DNA of 63,442 nt, filler included, from Nitrospinae bacterium RIFCSPLOWO2_12_FULL_45_22 (GCA_001803565.1; 6 parts of 6 records of this genome joined end to end with filler, not necessarily neighbours in it), one strand, 5' to 3'; counted from the whole stretch's first letter, positions 9,467-22,373 are shown. Notes: a model not told the origin generated them from the sequence alone. Program-made: numbers and translations.

Positions 9467-9849
9467 ATGATAACTACAAAATCAATCAGATATGTGTTGC
9501 CTTTTGCATGTATTCTATTAATTGCTACGGTGTCTAACATATTTGCCAAAGAGGTTCATGAAAATAAGATTATAAGCCACAATATTGAGATTGAGCTTTT
9601 TTTGAAAGAGCACAAGTTAAAGGCCGTTGACCATCTGCTTTTGCCAAACCTTAATGCCGAAAAGGTTACATTTTTTATCAACAAGTCATTTCAAATCCTG
9701 TCAGTTGGCGCTTCAAATAATAAGTTAGACTTTAAGACTACATCGAATGGAGATGGACAGTGCTTGGAGGTTCTTATTCCATCGGATTTGAGGCAATCAG
9801 ACAGCCTGATTCTGGATATTGCTTATGAAGGAATCCTTTTTGAAAAGCC
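9467..9849 (+). CDS. Secreted protein, possibly the N-terminal domain of an M1-type peptidase; 3'-truncated at contig end
   Basis: AAGGAG RBS, signal peptide (VLPFACILLIATVSNIFA), beta-rich HNIEIELF...HKLKAVD...LDIAYEG; runs into the N gap. Confidence 0.45.
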
Positions 9850-9949
9850 NNNNNNNNNNNNNNNNNNNNNNNNNNNNNNNNNNNNNNNNNNNNTTAATTA
9901 ATTAANNNNNNNNNNNNNNNNNNNNNNNNNNNNNNNNNNNNNNNNNNNN
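9850..9949. other. Artificial contig junction (N spacer with TTAATTAATTAA linker)
   Basis: 44 N + TTAATTAATTAA + 44 N; genes are truncated on both sides. Confidence 0.98.
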
Positions 9950-10270
9950 GATTTTTCTCAGGCTTTAAGAAAAGTCTCTTTAATGAGTGATGAGGAATCA
10001 AGACTTATTACCATGAAGCTTCGGCTAAATCAGATCGAGCTTTTATCTATTACACCAGGATTGGGAGAAGCTCATGATGAAATTGATGTGACGTATTCTG
10101 ACGAGGAAATGGAGATATGTTTTAATGCCAGGTATTTAATGGAAGGGTTGGATGTATTTGAAGAAGAATATGTTGTTTGTGAACTGCAGGATACTAATAC
10201 TGCAATAATAATTAAACCTTTAGAAAAGCAATATTGCTTTAATATCATTATGCCAATGCATATTGATTAA
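9950..10270 (+). CDS. dnaN: DNA polymerase III beta clamp, C-terminal part (5'-truncated)
   Basis: Frame open from contig start (DFSQALRKVSLM...), GEAHDEI, EICFNARYLME, terminal IIMPM; directly upstream of gyrB. Confidence 0.92.
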   Translation, partial: DFSQALRKVSLMSDEESRLITMKLRLNQIELLSITPGLGEAHDEIDVTYSDEEMEICFNARYLMEGLDVFEEEYVVCELQDTNTAIIIKPLEKQYCFNIIMPMHID

Positions 10271-10293
10271 GGCTTTTAAAGGGCTACTGGTAG

Positions 10294-12921
<2,628 letters not shown>

Positions 12922-12930
12922 CTAACATAT

Positions 12931-12997
12931 GCTAAAAGCTTAAAGCTAAGGGAGAGAATATTCCTTAGCTTTTACTTTTGCACTTTACGTTTTACAC
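12931..12997. repeat. Short-period (about 7 nt) inverted repeat / hairpin between gyrB and gyrA
   Basis: GCTAAAA GCTTAAA GCTAAGG ... CCTTAGC TTTTAC TTTTGCAC TTTACG TTTTAC; core stem AAAGCTAAGG/CCTTAGCTTT. Confidence 0.55.
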
Positions 12998-13011
12998 TTG
13001 GAAGGAAAAGC

Positions 13012-15441
13012 ATGGCCTCTGAAGAGCAAAGATTAGTAGTTGTTAATCTCGAAGAAGAGATGAAACAGGCCTATATTAATTATGCTATGAGTGTAATTGT
13101 AGGCCGGGCCTTACCCGATGTGCGGGACGGATTAAAACCGGTGCATAGAAGAGTATTATATGCCATGAACGAGTTGTCCCTGACTCGGGATAAGCCCCAT
13201 AAAAAATCTGCCCGGGTAGTAGGGGATGTAATTGGTAAATATCATCCCCATGGTGATGCTGCGGCATATGACTCTATCGTCCGGATGGCCCAGGATTTTT
13301 CTATGCGCTATCCCTTGATAAATGGCCAGGGGAATTTTGGCTCAGTAGATGGGGATCCGCCGGCAGCTATGCGGTATACCGAAGTTAGAATGGCCCAGAT
13401 AGCACAGGAGATATTAGCGGATATAGATAAGGAGACCGTAGACTTTGTGCCCACTTATGATGAGTCCTTAATGGAACCTACGGTTTTACCCACAAGAATA
13501 CCTAATCTGCTCATCAACGGCTCCTCGGGTATCGCGGTCGGTATGGCGACCAACATCCCCCCGCATAATCTCGGGGAAGTAGTAGATGGGTTAATGTATT
13601 TACTTGAAAACCCAGAGGCCACAAGTATGGAATTAATGGAATTTATTAAAGGCCCGGATTTTCCTACGGGAGGAATAATCTATGGCCAAGAAGGGTTAGT
13701 AGAGGCATACACGACTGGGAGGGGTATAATTCAACTCCGGGCTAAGGCTTCAATAGAAAAGTCTGATAAAGGGGGCAAGGAGAATATAATTGTCTCTGAG
13801 CTGCCCTACCAAATTAATAAAGCCAAACTGGTAGAGAAGATTGCCGAGTTGGTTAAAGAAAAAAAGATAGAGGGGATAGGAGAAGTTAGGGATGAGTCTG
13901 ACCGGGAAGGGATGCGGATAGTGATAGAGTTAAAACGGGATGAAATAGCTGATGTTATACTCAATCAACTCTATAAGCATACTAACATGCAATCTGCATA
14001 TGGGATAATATTTTTGGCCTTAAACAACAACCAACCCCAGGTAATGAACGTTAAAGAGCTCCTAAGCCATTATCTTGACTTTAGGCGGGAAGTAGTTACT
14101 CGGCGGGCCAGGTATGACTTAAGAAAGGCGGAAGAGAAGGCCCATATCCTTCAAGGATTGAAGATAGCCCTGGATAATCTTGAGGCAGTGATAGCCTTAA
14201 TAAAGACCTCCCATACCCCGCAGATGGCTAAAGAGGCCCTTATGAGCAATCTTCCTTTAACTGATATCCAGGTCCAGGCAATTCTAGACATGCGTCTGCA
14301 GCGATTAACCGGGTTAGAAAGAGACAGGATCACCAGGGATTTAGAAGAAACCTTGAAATTGATCACTGATCTTCAAGAACTGCTAAAGAGTGAGGATAAG
14401 ATTAATAAGGTCATTAAAAAGGAATTAATAGAAATTAAGGAGAAATATAACGATGAGCGCCTAACAGAGATAGCCGATGAGATAATTGAAACTACCCATG
14501 AAGACCTGATCATAGAAGAAGATATGGCTGTGACAATAACCAAGTCCGGCTATATTAAACGAACCCCAGTAAGACTTTATAGAAGCCAAAAGCGGGGTGG
14601 TAAAGGCATCAGGGCTATGGAGATCAAGGATGAAGACCTGGTAGAAGAGATATTTGTTGCCTCAACCCATGATTATATCCTGTTCTTTACCAATATGGGC
14701 CAGGTTCATCGTCTGAAAGTCCATGAATTACCCCTGGCAGGCCGCTCAGCAAAGGGCAAGGCCTTGCCCAATCTATTATCTCTCAAAGAGGAAGAGATGG
14801 TTACTGCCATGTTTTCTACCCGGGACTTCATAGGGGATAATGACCTTATAATGGCCACCAAAAGAGGCATTTTGAAGAAAACTCCCCTTAATGCTTATAA
14901 CTATACCCGCACCGGCGGGATCATTGCTGTCAAACTGGATGAAGGGGATGAGTTAATCTCCGTCGGGCTATGTTCACCCGCTAAGTTAGTGTTTTTAGCT
15001 ACGCGTCTTGGTAAAGCCGTCAGGTTCAAAGAGGATGCGGTAAGAGAAGTTGGGCGGACAGCCCGCGGGGTCAAGGGTATAAAATTAGGCCCCGCGGATT
15101 ATATTATTGGTATGGAGATAACTGATGGTAAGACCACTATCTTGACCGTAACAGAGAAAGGCTTTGGAAAAAGGACCCGGCTGGGAGAATATCGCATACA
15201 AGCCCGGGGAGGCGGAGGGATAGCTAATATCAAAATAACGGCTAAAAATGGCCCGGTGGTAGGGATCAGGCAGGTAAATGATCAAGATGAATTATTGGTA
15301 ATAACCTCGGAAGGGAAGAGCATAAGGCTTCAGGCCAACGGAATACCAATAGTAGGCAGGAGTACCCAGGGAGTGAAACTGATAAACCTAGACCCCGGCG
15401 ATAAAGTAGTAGGCTTGACCAAAGTAGAAGAAAGTAATTAA
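13012..15441 (+). CDS. gyrA: DNA gyrase subunit A
   Basis: [29 protein letters not shown] (catalytic Tyr), GyrA-box QKRGGKG, beta-pinwheel repeats. Confidence 0.98.
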   Translation: MASEEQRLVVVNLEEEMKQAYINYAMSVIVGRALPDVRDGLKPVHRRVLYAMNELSLTRDKPHKKSARVVGDVIGKYHPHGDAAAYDSIVRMAQDFSMRYPLINGQGNFGSVDGDPPAAMRYTEVRMAQIAQEILADIDKETVDFVPTYDESLMEPTVLPTRIPNLLINGSSGIAVGMATNIPPHNLGEVVDGLMYLLENPEATSMELMEFIKGPDFPTGGIIYGQEGLVEAYTTGRGIIQLRAKASIEKSDKGGKENIIVSELPYQINKAKLVEKIAELVKEKKIEGIGEVRDESDREGMRIVIELKRDEIADVILNQLYKHTNMQSAYGIIFLALNNNQPQVMNVKELLSHYLDFRREVVTRRARYDLRKAEEKAHILQGLKIALDNLEAVIALIKTSHTPQMAKEALMSNLPLTDIQVQAILDMRLQRLTGLERDRITRDLEETLKLITDLQELLKSEDKINKVIKKELIEIKEKYNDERLTEIADEIIETTHEDLIIEEDMAVTITKSGYIKRTPVRLYRSQKRGGKGIRAMEIKDEDLVEEIFVASTHDYILFFTNMGQVHRLKVHELPLAGRSAKGKALPNLLSLKEEEMVTAMFSTRDFIGDNDLIMATKRGILKKTPLNAYNYTRTGGIIAVKLDEGDELISVGLCSPAKLVFLATRLGKAVRFKEDAVREVGRTARGVKGIKLGPADYIIGMEITDGKTTILTVTEKGFGKRTRLGEYRIQARGGGGIANIKITAKNGPVVGIRQVNDQDELLVITSEGKSIRLQANGIPIVGRSTQGVKLINLDPGDKVVGLTKVEESN

Positions 15442-15460
15442 TTCCCCCTGAAAAAAACCA

Positions 15461-15538
15461 GCAAAGCAAGCGTTGCCACTACCGATTGCTCTAGCAATAC
15501 TGTTTTCATGATGCCTGTAGTGGTCGAGCTTGCTCGAC
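15461..15538. repeat. Pair of GTAG-family REP-like palindromes downstream of gyrA
   Basis: GCAAAGCAAGCGTTGCCACTAC (15461-15482) and GTAGTGGTCGAGCTTGCTCGAC (15517-15538), with a small ATTGCT-c-t-AGCAAT hairpin between them. Confidence 0.7.
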
Positions 15539-15644
15539 ACCCCATTTTTTAGTGGCAAATAATTAATTCCTAAAAACCGCATTATTAAAATGAAAATTCC
15601 TATGCAATTAAATTAGGTTGGTCAATGGTTCTGTGTGGGCTGAG

Positions 15645-16475
15645 ATGGTGAAAGAGTATCTTTATGAAGAGTATATAATAAAGGAAGCGCCTTTCTATTT
15701 GCCTATTAGGGATGAGGTAGAGCTGTTTAAGGCGGCCTACTTCTCTAAAATCCCTGTCCTACTGAAAGGACCTACCGGCTGTGGCAAGACCCGTTTTGTG
15801 GAATATATGGCTTATAGTTTAGGGCAGGAAATCTTCCATATCCCCATACCTCTCATAACTGTAGCCTGTCATGAAGACCTGACTGCCAGTGATTTAGTTG
15901 GGCGCTTCTTACTGAAAGGGGATGAGACAGTATGGGTAGATGGCCCGCTAACCAGGGCCGTAAAGATGGGGGCTATATGTTACTTAGATGAGATTGTTGA
16001 AGCCAGGAAAGATACTACCGTATTGATTCATTCCCTGACTGACCATAGAAGGTTCCTGCCTATCGAAAAGCGGGGTCAGATCATAGAAGCTAACGAGAAC
16101 TTCATCCTGATAATTTCTTATAACCCAGGCTATCAGAGTGTCCTAAAAGACCTGAAACAAAGTACTAGACAGCGATTTGTGGCGATAGACTTTGACTACC
16201 CCCCTCGACCCGTAGAGTGCGAAATTATTCAGCAAGAGAGTAGAGTAAGTCCTGATATAGCCTCTAGATTAGCTCAGTTAGGAGAAAAGATACGAAATAT
16301 AAAAAATTATGGCCTCGAGGCAGGGGTAAGTACCAGGCTGTTGATCTATGCAGGTCAGTTGATAAATCAGGGCATCGAATGCAGGAGGGCTTGTCAAATT
16401 GCGGCAGCTAGCTCCTTGACCGATGATTTAGAAGTGCAGCAGGCTATCGGCGAAGTTATATCCACTATCTTTTAA
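15645..16475 (+). CDS. CbbQ/NirQ/NorQ-family MoxR AAA+ ATPase
   Basis: [67 protein letters not shown] 15645 preferred over TTG 15618. Confidence 0.9.
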   Translation: MVKEYLYEEYIIKEAPFYLPIRDEVELFKAAYFSKIPVLLKGPTGCGKTRFVEYMAYSLGQEIFHIPIPLITVACHEDLTASDLVGRFLLKGDETVWVDGPLTRAVKMGAICYLDEIVEARKDTTVLIHSLTDHRRFLPIEKRGQIIEANENFILIISYNPGYQSVLKDLKQSTRQRFVAIDFDYPPRPVECEIIQQESRVSPDIASRLAQLGEKIRNIKNYGLEAGVSTRLLIYAGQLINQGIECRRACQIAAASSLTDDLEVQQAIGEVISTIF

Positions 16476-16489
16476 AAAGGGGTTTTGTT

Positions 16490-17116
16490 ATGGAAAGGCA
16501 AGTTTTAGCGCGGATTGCTTTAGGGGTACCTACCAGTAAAGGTGGGGAAGGCGTCTGGGAAGTCATGGAGCGGCGCCGTTCCCAAAGGGTTTATAGCCGG
16601 GAAGGCCTCTCTTTTGATCTCCTCTCTCAGTTGTTATGGGCTACGCAAGGGATTACTGGTCGAGAAGGGCCGTACCTCTTCCGGACAACCCCTTCGGCAG
16701 GCGCCCTCTATCCCCTAGAGACCTATTTAATTGTTCACCGAATAGAGAGACTCAACCCAGGTATTTACCTCCTGGATGTGCCGGAGTTCAGGTTAGAGCT
16801 ATTGAGGGAAGGGGATTTTAGTCAAGAGATTGTCGCCGCCGCCCTGCATCAGTCTATGGCTGCTGCCGCAGCCGTTGTGTTTGTCTGGACGGCTGTTATT
16901 AAGCGCTCTAGCTGGAAATATGGTGAACGGGCCTCCCGATATATCTACCTTGATGCTGGCCATATCGGCCAGAATCTTTATCTTGCTGCTACTGCCCTGG
17001 AGATCGGGTGTTGCACTATAGGGGCTTTTTATGATGATAAAGTAAATCAGCTCATCGGTGTAGACGGCAGGGAAGAAACAGCTATATACCTAGCTGCGGT
17101 TGGAAAGGCAATGTGA
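16490..17116 (+). CDS. SagB/ThcOx-family nitroreductase-like flavoprotein
   Basis: RRRSQR, LSQLLWATQG, RTTPSAGALYPLE, KYGERASRYIYLDAGHIGQNLYL, IGAFYDD. Confidence 0.9.
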   Translation: MERQVLARIALGVPTSKGGEGVWEVMERRRSQRVYSREGLSFDLLSQLLWATQGITGREGPYLFRTTPSAGALYPLETYLIVHRIERLNPGIYLLDVPEFRLELLREGDFSQEIVAAALHQSMAAAAAVVFVWTAVIKRSSWKYGERASRYIYLDAGHIGQNLYLAATALEIGCCTIGAFYDDKVNQLIGVDGREETAIYLAAVGKAM

Positions 17117-17204
17117 AGCATAAACTAAGGCAATCCTTTTTATGAAACGCATAGTTGTTTAACCGTCAGAGGGAAAACTTTAACTATGGATAAATACAGA
17201 TTAG

Positions 17205-17273
17205 GCCACCAAGACACTAAGTCACTAAGGAGTATTAAACAGGTTGCCCTTGGTGTCTTCGTGCCTTCGTGGC
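17205..17273. repeat. CCACNAAG-type 8-mer inverted repeat element
   Basis: GCCACCAAGACACTAAGTCACTAAGG ... CCTTGGTGTCTTCGTGCCTTCGTGGC; related copies at 43607, 47610, 51252 and 63414. Confidence 0.8.
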
Positions 17274-17284
17274 AGAAGAAAATA

Positions 17285-18595
17285 ATGAAACCTATGGTTT
17301 TCTGTTGTTGGCTATTTCTGCTATTGGTTTATCAGCCTACCCTCGCAAGCCAGGGAGATATTGCCGGAAAATACCTCCTTGCCTTTCATGCCTGTGAGCA
17401 GAATACTTGTAACGATCCGAGAAACCACCAGGTCTATTTAGCGGAATCTAACGATGGTGCTATCTGGTCGGTGGTTCCAGGGTGGACACCTCATAATGGC
17501 AGTGTCCCTGATGTCGTCCGCCGAGGAGATAGTCTATATCTTTATTCTACTACGGGCATACGTAGATATCGGTTTCAAACTAAAACCTGGGAAGACCCTT
17601 TACCTGTCACGCTTAAAACAGTATCGGGGGCAGAGGAGATGTATGTTGATCCGAGTCCTATTGTTGATAAAGATGGTCGGATTGTGCTTTTCTATCTGGT
17701 TGGTACTCGAGGATATGACCCTGCGAGATGCGCTCCTGGACAGACAAGCTGCACAAAATACTTCAGGAGCGCTGTAGAAGTTGATGGGAGCGACGGAACA
17801 GACTTTCAAGTGCTGGACGGCAATCGCCTTGAAATACCTATTACCTCGCAGAGTAGTGCCAGTGATCCTGATCTGTTTTCTGATGGATCAAGATATGTTA
17901 TGTATATCTCCCGGGGAAATAGCGTACAAGTCTACACCAGCGCCGAATTGAATGGTGCTTATGCCTTGCTGAGCGGGTTGCCCGAGGGCTATTTGAATCA
18001 AAATACGGGTGGCATACCCTCGGGATTTTACCATGCAGAAACAAGGAAGTATTGGACATATGTCCATATACCCCAGGGAAACATCCAGGTTATCAAACGG
18101 GCGCTACATTCTTCTCTATCAACACCATTGACAGCTACCGATTTTACCACAGTCCTTACCGGGGCTGATGTAGCTGGACTGGGACCCTCATGGTCCGTAG
18201 CCAGCCCCGGGTTTGCAGTCAATGAATCGTCCAGTCCTATTTCAGTCAAGAATATTTTAAATACCAATACCTTTAAACCTGGGGATACCTTAGTATGGGA
18301 AATATTGGTAGATGGTAGTGGTAAGGCCGATATATATCTAGCAATAGTTATTCCGTCAGGGGAGTTTTTCACCATGGAATCTAGTGGCAATTTCGGACCA
18401 GCCAATAAGGCATCACCCATTATTAGCAGTTGGCAAATAACTCCCGGGCAGTACCGAGTATTGGCCTATAGCCTTAGTGGGATAGAACCTCCCGGCACAT
18501 ACTCCTTATATGCCTTGTTAGTGACTGCTGGGAAGAATCCCTTAGAAAGCCATAACTGGCTAGCAGTAGACAGTGTCTCTTTCCATATACCATAA
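17285..18595 (+). CDS. Secreted protein with five-bladed-propeller-like (GH43/GH32-like) blades plus a C-terminal beta domain
   Basis: Signal peptide MKPMVFCCWLFLLLVYQPTLA; repeated VPDVV / VDPSPI / SDPDLF blade motifs. The upstream ATG at 17186 only adds translated repeat DNA. Confidence 0.5.
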   Translation: MKPMVFCCWLFLLLVYQPTLASQGDIAGKYLLAFHACEQNTCNDPRNHQVYLAESNDGAIWSVVPGWTPHNGSVPDVVRRGDSLYLYSTTGIRRYRFQTKTWEDPLPVTLKTVSGAEEMYVDPSPIVDKDGRIVLFYLVGTRGYDPARCAPGQTSCTKYFRSAVEVDGSDGTDFQVLDGNRLEIPITSQSSASDPDLFSDGSRYVMYISRGNSVQVYTSAELNGAYALLSGLPEGYLNQNTGGIPSGFYHAETRKYWTYVHIPQGNIQVIKRALHSSLSTPLTATDFTTVLTGADVAGLGPSWSVASPGFAVNESSSPISVKNILNTNTFKPGDTLVWEILVDGSGKADIYLAIVIPSGEFFTMESSGNFGPANKASPIISSWQITPGQYRVLAYSLSGIEPPGTYSLYALLVTAGKNPLESHNWLAVDSVSFHIP

Positions 18596-18598
18596 AAA

Positions 18599-18772
18599 CC
18601 GTGTCCGGGACCATTCTAATTATACACAGCGTCCAAATTAAATACGCATAAGTCGTCATTCCGGCAAAAGCCGGAATCCAGAAAAGATGCTGGATTCCGG
18701 GTCAAGCCCGGAATGACAGGCAATGTTGGTATGCGCAAATAATTATGTCGCTCTGTATAGTTACGGACACGG
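18599..18772. mobile_element. Three nested inverted-repeat elements (MITE-like)
   Basis: Outer CCGTGTCCG/CGGACACGG; middle 30-nt IRs at 18621-18650 and 18730-18759 (23/30 matches); inner GTCATTCCGG...CCGGAATCCAG...CTGGATTCCGG...CCGGAATGAC (18655-18717). Confidence 0.7.
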
Positions 18773-18805
18773 ATCACGGTCACGAGTCCAGATGGAGGTG
18801 TGGTT

Positions 18806-18924
18806 ATGCAAGATTGTATATTCTGTAAAATAATATCAGGGGAAGTACCAGCTAAAAAAGTTAGAGAGGATCAGCTTATCGTAGTGATAGAAGATATTAA
18901 CCCCAAGGCCCCTATCCATTATCT
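18806..18924 (+). CDS. HIT-family nucleotide hydrolase (HinT-like), 3'-truncated; absent from the supplied ORF track
   Basis: GGAGG RBS then MQDCIFCKIISGEVPAKKVREDQLIVVIEDINPKAPIHY, the typical HIT N-terminus. Confidence 0.85.
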
Positions 18925-19024
18925 NNNNNNNNNNNNNNNNNNNNNNNNNNNNNNNNNNNNNNNNNNNNTTAATTAATTAANNNNNNNNNNNNNNNNNNNN
19001 NNNNNNNNNNNNNNNNNNNNNNNN
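18925..19024. other. Artificial contig junction
   Basis: N run containing TTAATTAATTAA. Confidence 0.98.
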
Positions 19025-19029
19025 AATAC

Positions 19030-19158
19030 ATGACCCAGGAAGAGGTCAAGAAATTATTTGACCAGATCAGAGACAAAAGAGACTGGACTTTCTTTGTCTT
19101 AATCTATCATTATGGCTTGAGGGGAAGTAAGGCTTGCCGGATCCAAAGGACAAATTAA
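19030..19158 (+). pseudogene. Tyrosine recombinase (Xer/Fim-like) remnant
   Basis: (Y)MTQEEVKKLFDQIRDKRDWTFFVLIYHYGLRGSK resembles YLTxEEV..L...RD...L.Y..GLRxSE, then stops 8 codons later. Confidence 0.6.
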
Positions 19159-19160
19159 TT

Positions 19161-19200
19161 CCAAAAAATAAGAGGGGAGCGATCAAAAATCTCCCCCCTC
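19161..19200 (-). terminator. Probable intrinsic terminator of the UbiD/Mrp operon
   Basis: Minus strand GAGGGGGGAG...CTCCCCTC stem followed by TTATTTTTT. Confidence 0.55.
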
Positions 19201-19221
19201 TGATAAATGTTTTTACAAAAT

Positions 19222-19281
19222 GTAGGGGCGAACCTATGTGTTCGCCCGAAAAACAGGACAGACACGCAGGTCTGCCCCTAC
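19222..19281. repeat. GTAG-family REP doublet overlapping the stop codon of the downstream Mrp gene
   Basis: GTAGGGGCGAACCTATGTGTTCGCCC ... GGACAGACACGCAGGTCTGCCCCTAC; its minus-strand GTAG supplies the TAG at 19278-19280. Confidence 0.85.
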
Positions 19282-20261
19282 TTTTCTGCCTCTTCTGCTA
19301 AAGCGGCGGAATCGGTGTTCTTTCTCTGGATATTATCTCCTAATTGCACAAGGATTTTGTCTATGATCTGGTTAACAGACTTAGCGGCTTCACTTTCGGC
19401 GAAGGCATGGACAAAGGGTGTCCCATTATCAGATGCCCTGGCCAGACGGGCATCTAAGGGGATTTTACCCAGGAAGGGGACATCAATCTCTTCAGCCAGG
19501 ATCTCTCCCCCCCCTTTCTGGAATATATATTCTATGCCGCCACATTCTTCACATACGTAACCACTCATATTCTCTATGATCCCCAGGATTCTGATACCGG
19601 CCTTTTTAGCCAGCATAGCCGCCTTATATGCTACCCCCTGGGAGACCTGAGAAGGTATGGTGACAATAACCACCCCAGCAGCATCAGGTAGGAATTGGAG
19701 GGTATTTGTAGTATCAGAGCTAGTCCCGGGTGGTAAGTCGATCAGCAAGAAATCTCGCTCCCCAAATACCGTATGGGATAAGAATTCCTCGGTTGCATTT
19801 CTCCTCATCTCGTGGAACCAGGTCAGTACCTCTTCCGATTTGATGAGATTGGCCATAGATAATATCTGGATCCCCATAGGTCCAGGGATCGGCAGTAACC
19901 CATCAGGGGATATCTGCATCTGTATGCCCATGGTTCCCAGCATCTTGGGGATGCAGGGGCCGTCGAAGTCCTGGTCCAATATAGTAACCTTAAAGTCCCG
20001 CATAGCCAGGCCCATCCCTAGATTGGCCGTAGTAATGCTCTTTCCTACACCACCTTTCCCGCCGGCCACAGGGATCTTATATTTTACCTGCGATAAAGCC
20101 GCCTTGGCCTGCTGCATCCTTCGGCGTTCGTAGATCTTAAACCTCTTGGGATCATCACAATCAAAGAATTTTTCACAAGATTCGCACCACCTGCCACAAT
20201 TGAAATCTACATTTATCTCTAAGATATCTCTCTCTACCGCACTTTCTTTCTTTTCCCTCAT
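19278..20261 (-). CDS. Mrp/NBP35-family P-loop ATPase with N-terminal 4-Cys motif (copy 2)
   Basis: GGKGGVGKS, IDLPPGT, GIIENMS, CEEC, LGKIPLD; N-terminal C-x3-C-x2-C-x5-C. Confidence 0.9.
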   Translation of the reverse strand: MREKKESAVERDILEINVDFNCGRWCESCEKFFDCDDPKRFKIYERRRMQQAKAALSQVKYKIPVAGGKGGVGKSITTANLGMGLAMRDFKVTILDQDFDGPCIPKMLGTMGIQMQISPDGLLPIPGPMGIQILSMANLIKSEEVLTWFHEMRRNATEEFLSHTVFGERDFLLIDLPPGTSSDTTNTLQFLPDAAGVVIVTIPSQVSQGVAYKAAMLAKKAGIRILGIIENMSGYVCEECGGIEYIFQKGGGEILAEEIDVPFLGKIPLDARLARASDNGTPFVHAFAESEAAKSVNQIIDKILVQLGDNIQRKNTDSAALAEEAEK

Positions 20262-20277
20262 AATAACTCCTCCATTT

Positions 20278-21774
20278 TTACTTCTTCTTCCATGAAGCCC
20301 GTTCTTTTCCCTCTTCCCATACCCTTTTCATATCCTGAGGATAACCCCACTCCTGCCATTTATTACATATCTTCTCTATGGTCCTTTCTGCGTACATATC
20401 CCAAAAAGTTCCCCTGACAGGAATATCTCTAGTTGGGGACCATTCTAAGGGCCAGGTACAATCGAAGACCACTTTGGTAGTCCTTCCCAGGAGCCTATCC
20501 TCATAGCTAAGGTGGGGTAGGAGAGGTGTTGCCGGCTGATTATCGTAATAAGTTATCCCTTTTTTAGGATGGCACTTGGTAGCAAAGGCATGCAGAACTT
20601 GCTTGATATCGAATACATCTATATCCTCATCGCAGACGAAGAGCTGCTGAAGATTCATACCGGTATTTTTGGTACCGAATAAAAGGGTAGCTATTCTATT
20701 AGCCACATTGCTATGGGGTTTTCCCACAGAGACTATGGCAGCATGAGAGACCATCTGGGGGGGTATGCTTATATCTACCACCGGGATACCATTAATCTCC
20801 ATGGTGGTAAGCATATCCGACCTAGCCAGGACCGCAGCCATCATATCTGAATCATCTGTGGGGACACCCAGGCACGCAACACAATTGATGGGGTTATTTC
20901 TAAAGGTTATAGCAGTGACGCGATAGGCTACCCGGGGCATCCGTGGTGAAGTCCTATAGCCCGTATATTCTCCCACGGGTCCTTCATAGAGCCGGAGGAC
21001 ATCCGGATCTACCACCCCTTCAATGATAATCTCCGCATTAGCCGGGACGTATAATGGCTGTGAGACGCATTTAACCAGCTCAACGGGCTCCAGCCGCAGA
21101 CCACCCGCCCAGTCTACCTCGCTCTTTCCCCGGCCATAAGGGGCAGCCGATACTATTGTGGTAAGGGGTTCAGTCCCTATGACAGCCGCCCAGGGCATGG
21201 GTTTCTTATTGGGAAGATACTTTCCATAAAACATAATACCTATATCTTCTTGCGGCAATAAAAGCCCCCCCAAAGTCGTCTCATTGTGGACCATAAGGTG
21301 GCACATGCCCCAATTAATCCAATCCGTATCGTAATCAGGAGTTGCTATGAACTGCCAGCTACCCAGGTAGCGGCCCCCATCACCCTCATGGATATAAGGG
21401 GCACAGAGCTCCAAAAGGTTGATATCATCACCAGTAATGACATTCTCCTGGCAGGGAGCCTTATCTACAATTAGGGACTTTATAGGGTGTTTAGACCTCC
21501 TATGATATAGGTTCAATATTTCCGAAGGATGGAGGTCGGGGTCCAGGCCTATGGCAATAGCTGCCCGCCGGTAATTAGAGAATAGAGCCCCGGCTAAGCT
21601 ACAGCCCGGGTAGTCCTTTATATTTTCCATGATAGGTGCTGGTGATCCTAGCTGATTAGCTAGCCTAACAATAGCTGAGGCCCCCAGGTCCCAGTCTATC
21701 TCCTCTTTTATCCTGATTGCCTCGCCGGAATCTACTAATGATGAAATATATCCTCTTATATCTCTAAAGGCCAT
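20278..21774 (-). CDS. UbiD-family (prFMN-dependent) carboxylase/decarboxylase subunit 2; catalytic Arg position is His
   Basis: HEGDGGRY, WINWGMCH, VPANAEIIIEG, EGPVGEYTGY, CDEDIDVFD, FDCTWP. Confidence 0.9.
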   Translation of the reverse strand: MAFRDIRGYISSLVDSGEAIRIKEEIDWDLGASAIVRLANQLGSPAPIMENIKDYPGCSLAGALFSNYRRAAIAIGLDPDLHPSEILNLYHRRSKHPIKSLIVDKAPCQENVITGDDINLLELCAPYIHEGDGGRYLGSWQFIATPDYDTDWINWGMCHLMVHNETTLGGLLLPQEDIGIMFYGKYLPNKKPMPWAAVIGTEPLTTIVSAAPYGRGKSEVDWAGGLRLEPVELVKCVSQPLYVPANAEIIIEGVVDPDVLRLYEGPVGEYTGYRTSPRMPRVAYRVTAITFRNNPINCVACLGVPTDDSDMMAAVLARSDMLTTMEINGIPVVDISIPPQMVSHAAIVSVGKPHSNVANRIATLLFGTKNTGMNLQQLFVCDEDIDVFDIKQVLHAFATKCHPKKGITYYDNQPATPLLPHLSYEDRLLGRTTKVVFDCTWPLEWSPTRDIPVRGTFWDMYAERTIEKICNKWQEWGYPQDMKRVWEEGKERASWKKK

Positions 21775-21795
21775 TCTCTATTCACCTCCTTTGGA

Positions 21796-22173
21796 TTAGG
21801 TTAATACACCGGTCGTATGAGCAACCCACTGCAGATCTTTACTCATCTCCAGTATTTCTATGGACCAATTTCCCGGAAATAGTAGACCCCGCTGGGATCG
21901 TACCAATAATATATCCTTATATTTCTTAGGCTCCTGACTTATCTTGGCCTTTACCATCCGGAAACAATACTTCATGCGCCGATTTTCTGGCGCCAATAAT
22001 CTAATAGAGAAAGTTACCTCCTTATCTTGTTCCCCCAATAGCTTGTCCCGGCTATCGTCAAGGATTATGGTGTCATAGACCTCTCTACCTTCCTTCTTTT
22101 TTATCTCATAGGGATCCTCGCCCCAGCTAAAACCCTTATGGACTGCTAAACGCCTGTTTGGTCTCTCGTGCAT
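21796..22173 (-). CDS. Phenylphosphate carboxylase gamma-subunit-like small protein
   Basis: SIRLLAP..KY.FRMVKAKIS..P.KY.D.L.VR..RG.L...WSI.I.E resembles the Ppc gamma subunit pattern as I recall it; located between two UbiD genes; GGGAGGGAG RBS. Confidence 0.7.
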   Translation of the reverse strand: MHERPNRRLAVHKGFSWGEDPYEIKKKEGREVYDTIILDDSRDKLLGEQDKEVTFSIRLLAPENRRMKYCFRMVKAKISQEPKKYKDILLVRSQRGLLFPGNWSIEILEMSKDLQWVAHTTGVLT

Positions 22174-22226
22174 TATGACTCCCTCCCTTTCTTCCAGTAA
22201 TTAACTTGACAATGAATTTTCTTTTT

Positions 22227-22350
22227 GGACGCCGATGAGCGCAGATTTAGCCGATTTTAGGATAAAAAGTAAGCAGACAACTGGTTACGGCTTACTGCTC
22301 CCTATTTTCACTTTAATTTTATCTGTGTGAATCTGCGGGGCTCCGCGTCC
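22227..22350. repeat. GGACGC.GAT / ATC.GCGTCC-type inverted repeat element inside the UbiD operon
   Basis: GGACGCCGATGAGCGCAGATTTAGCCGAT ... ATCTGTGTGAATCTGCGGGGCTCCGCGTCC. Confidence 0.65.
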
Positions 22351-22373
22351 TATAAAATTTAACTTAGGGTATA

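Noticed and set aside
17186-17284. N-terminal 33 aa of the 469-aa ORF as real protein
   Set aside because: It is mostly translated CCACNAAG repeat DNA; a normal signal peptide starts at 17285.
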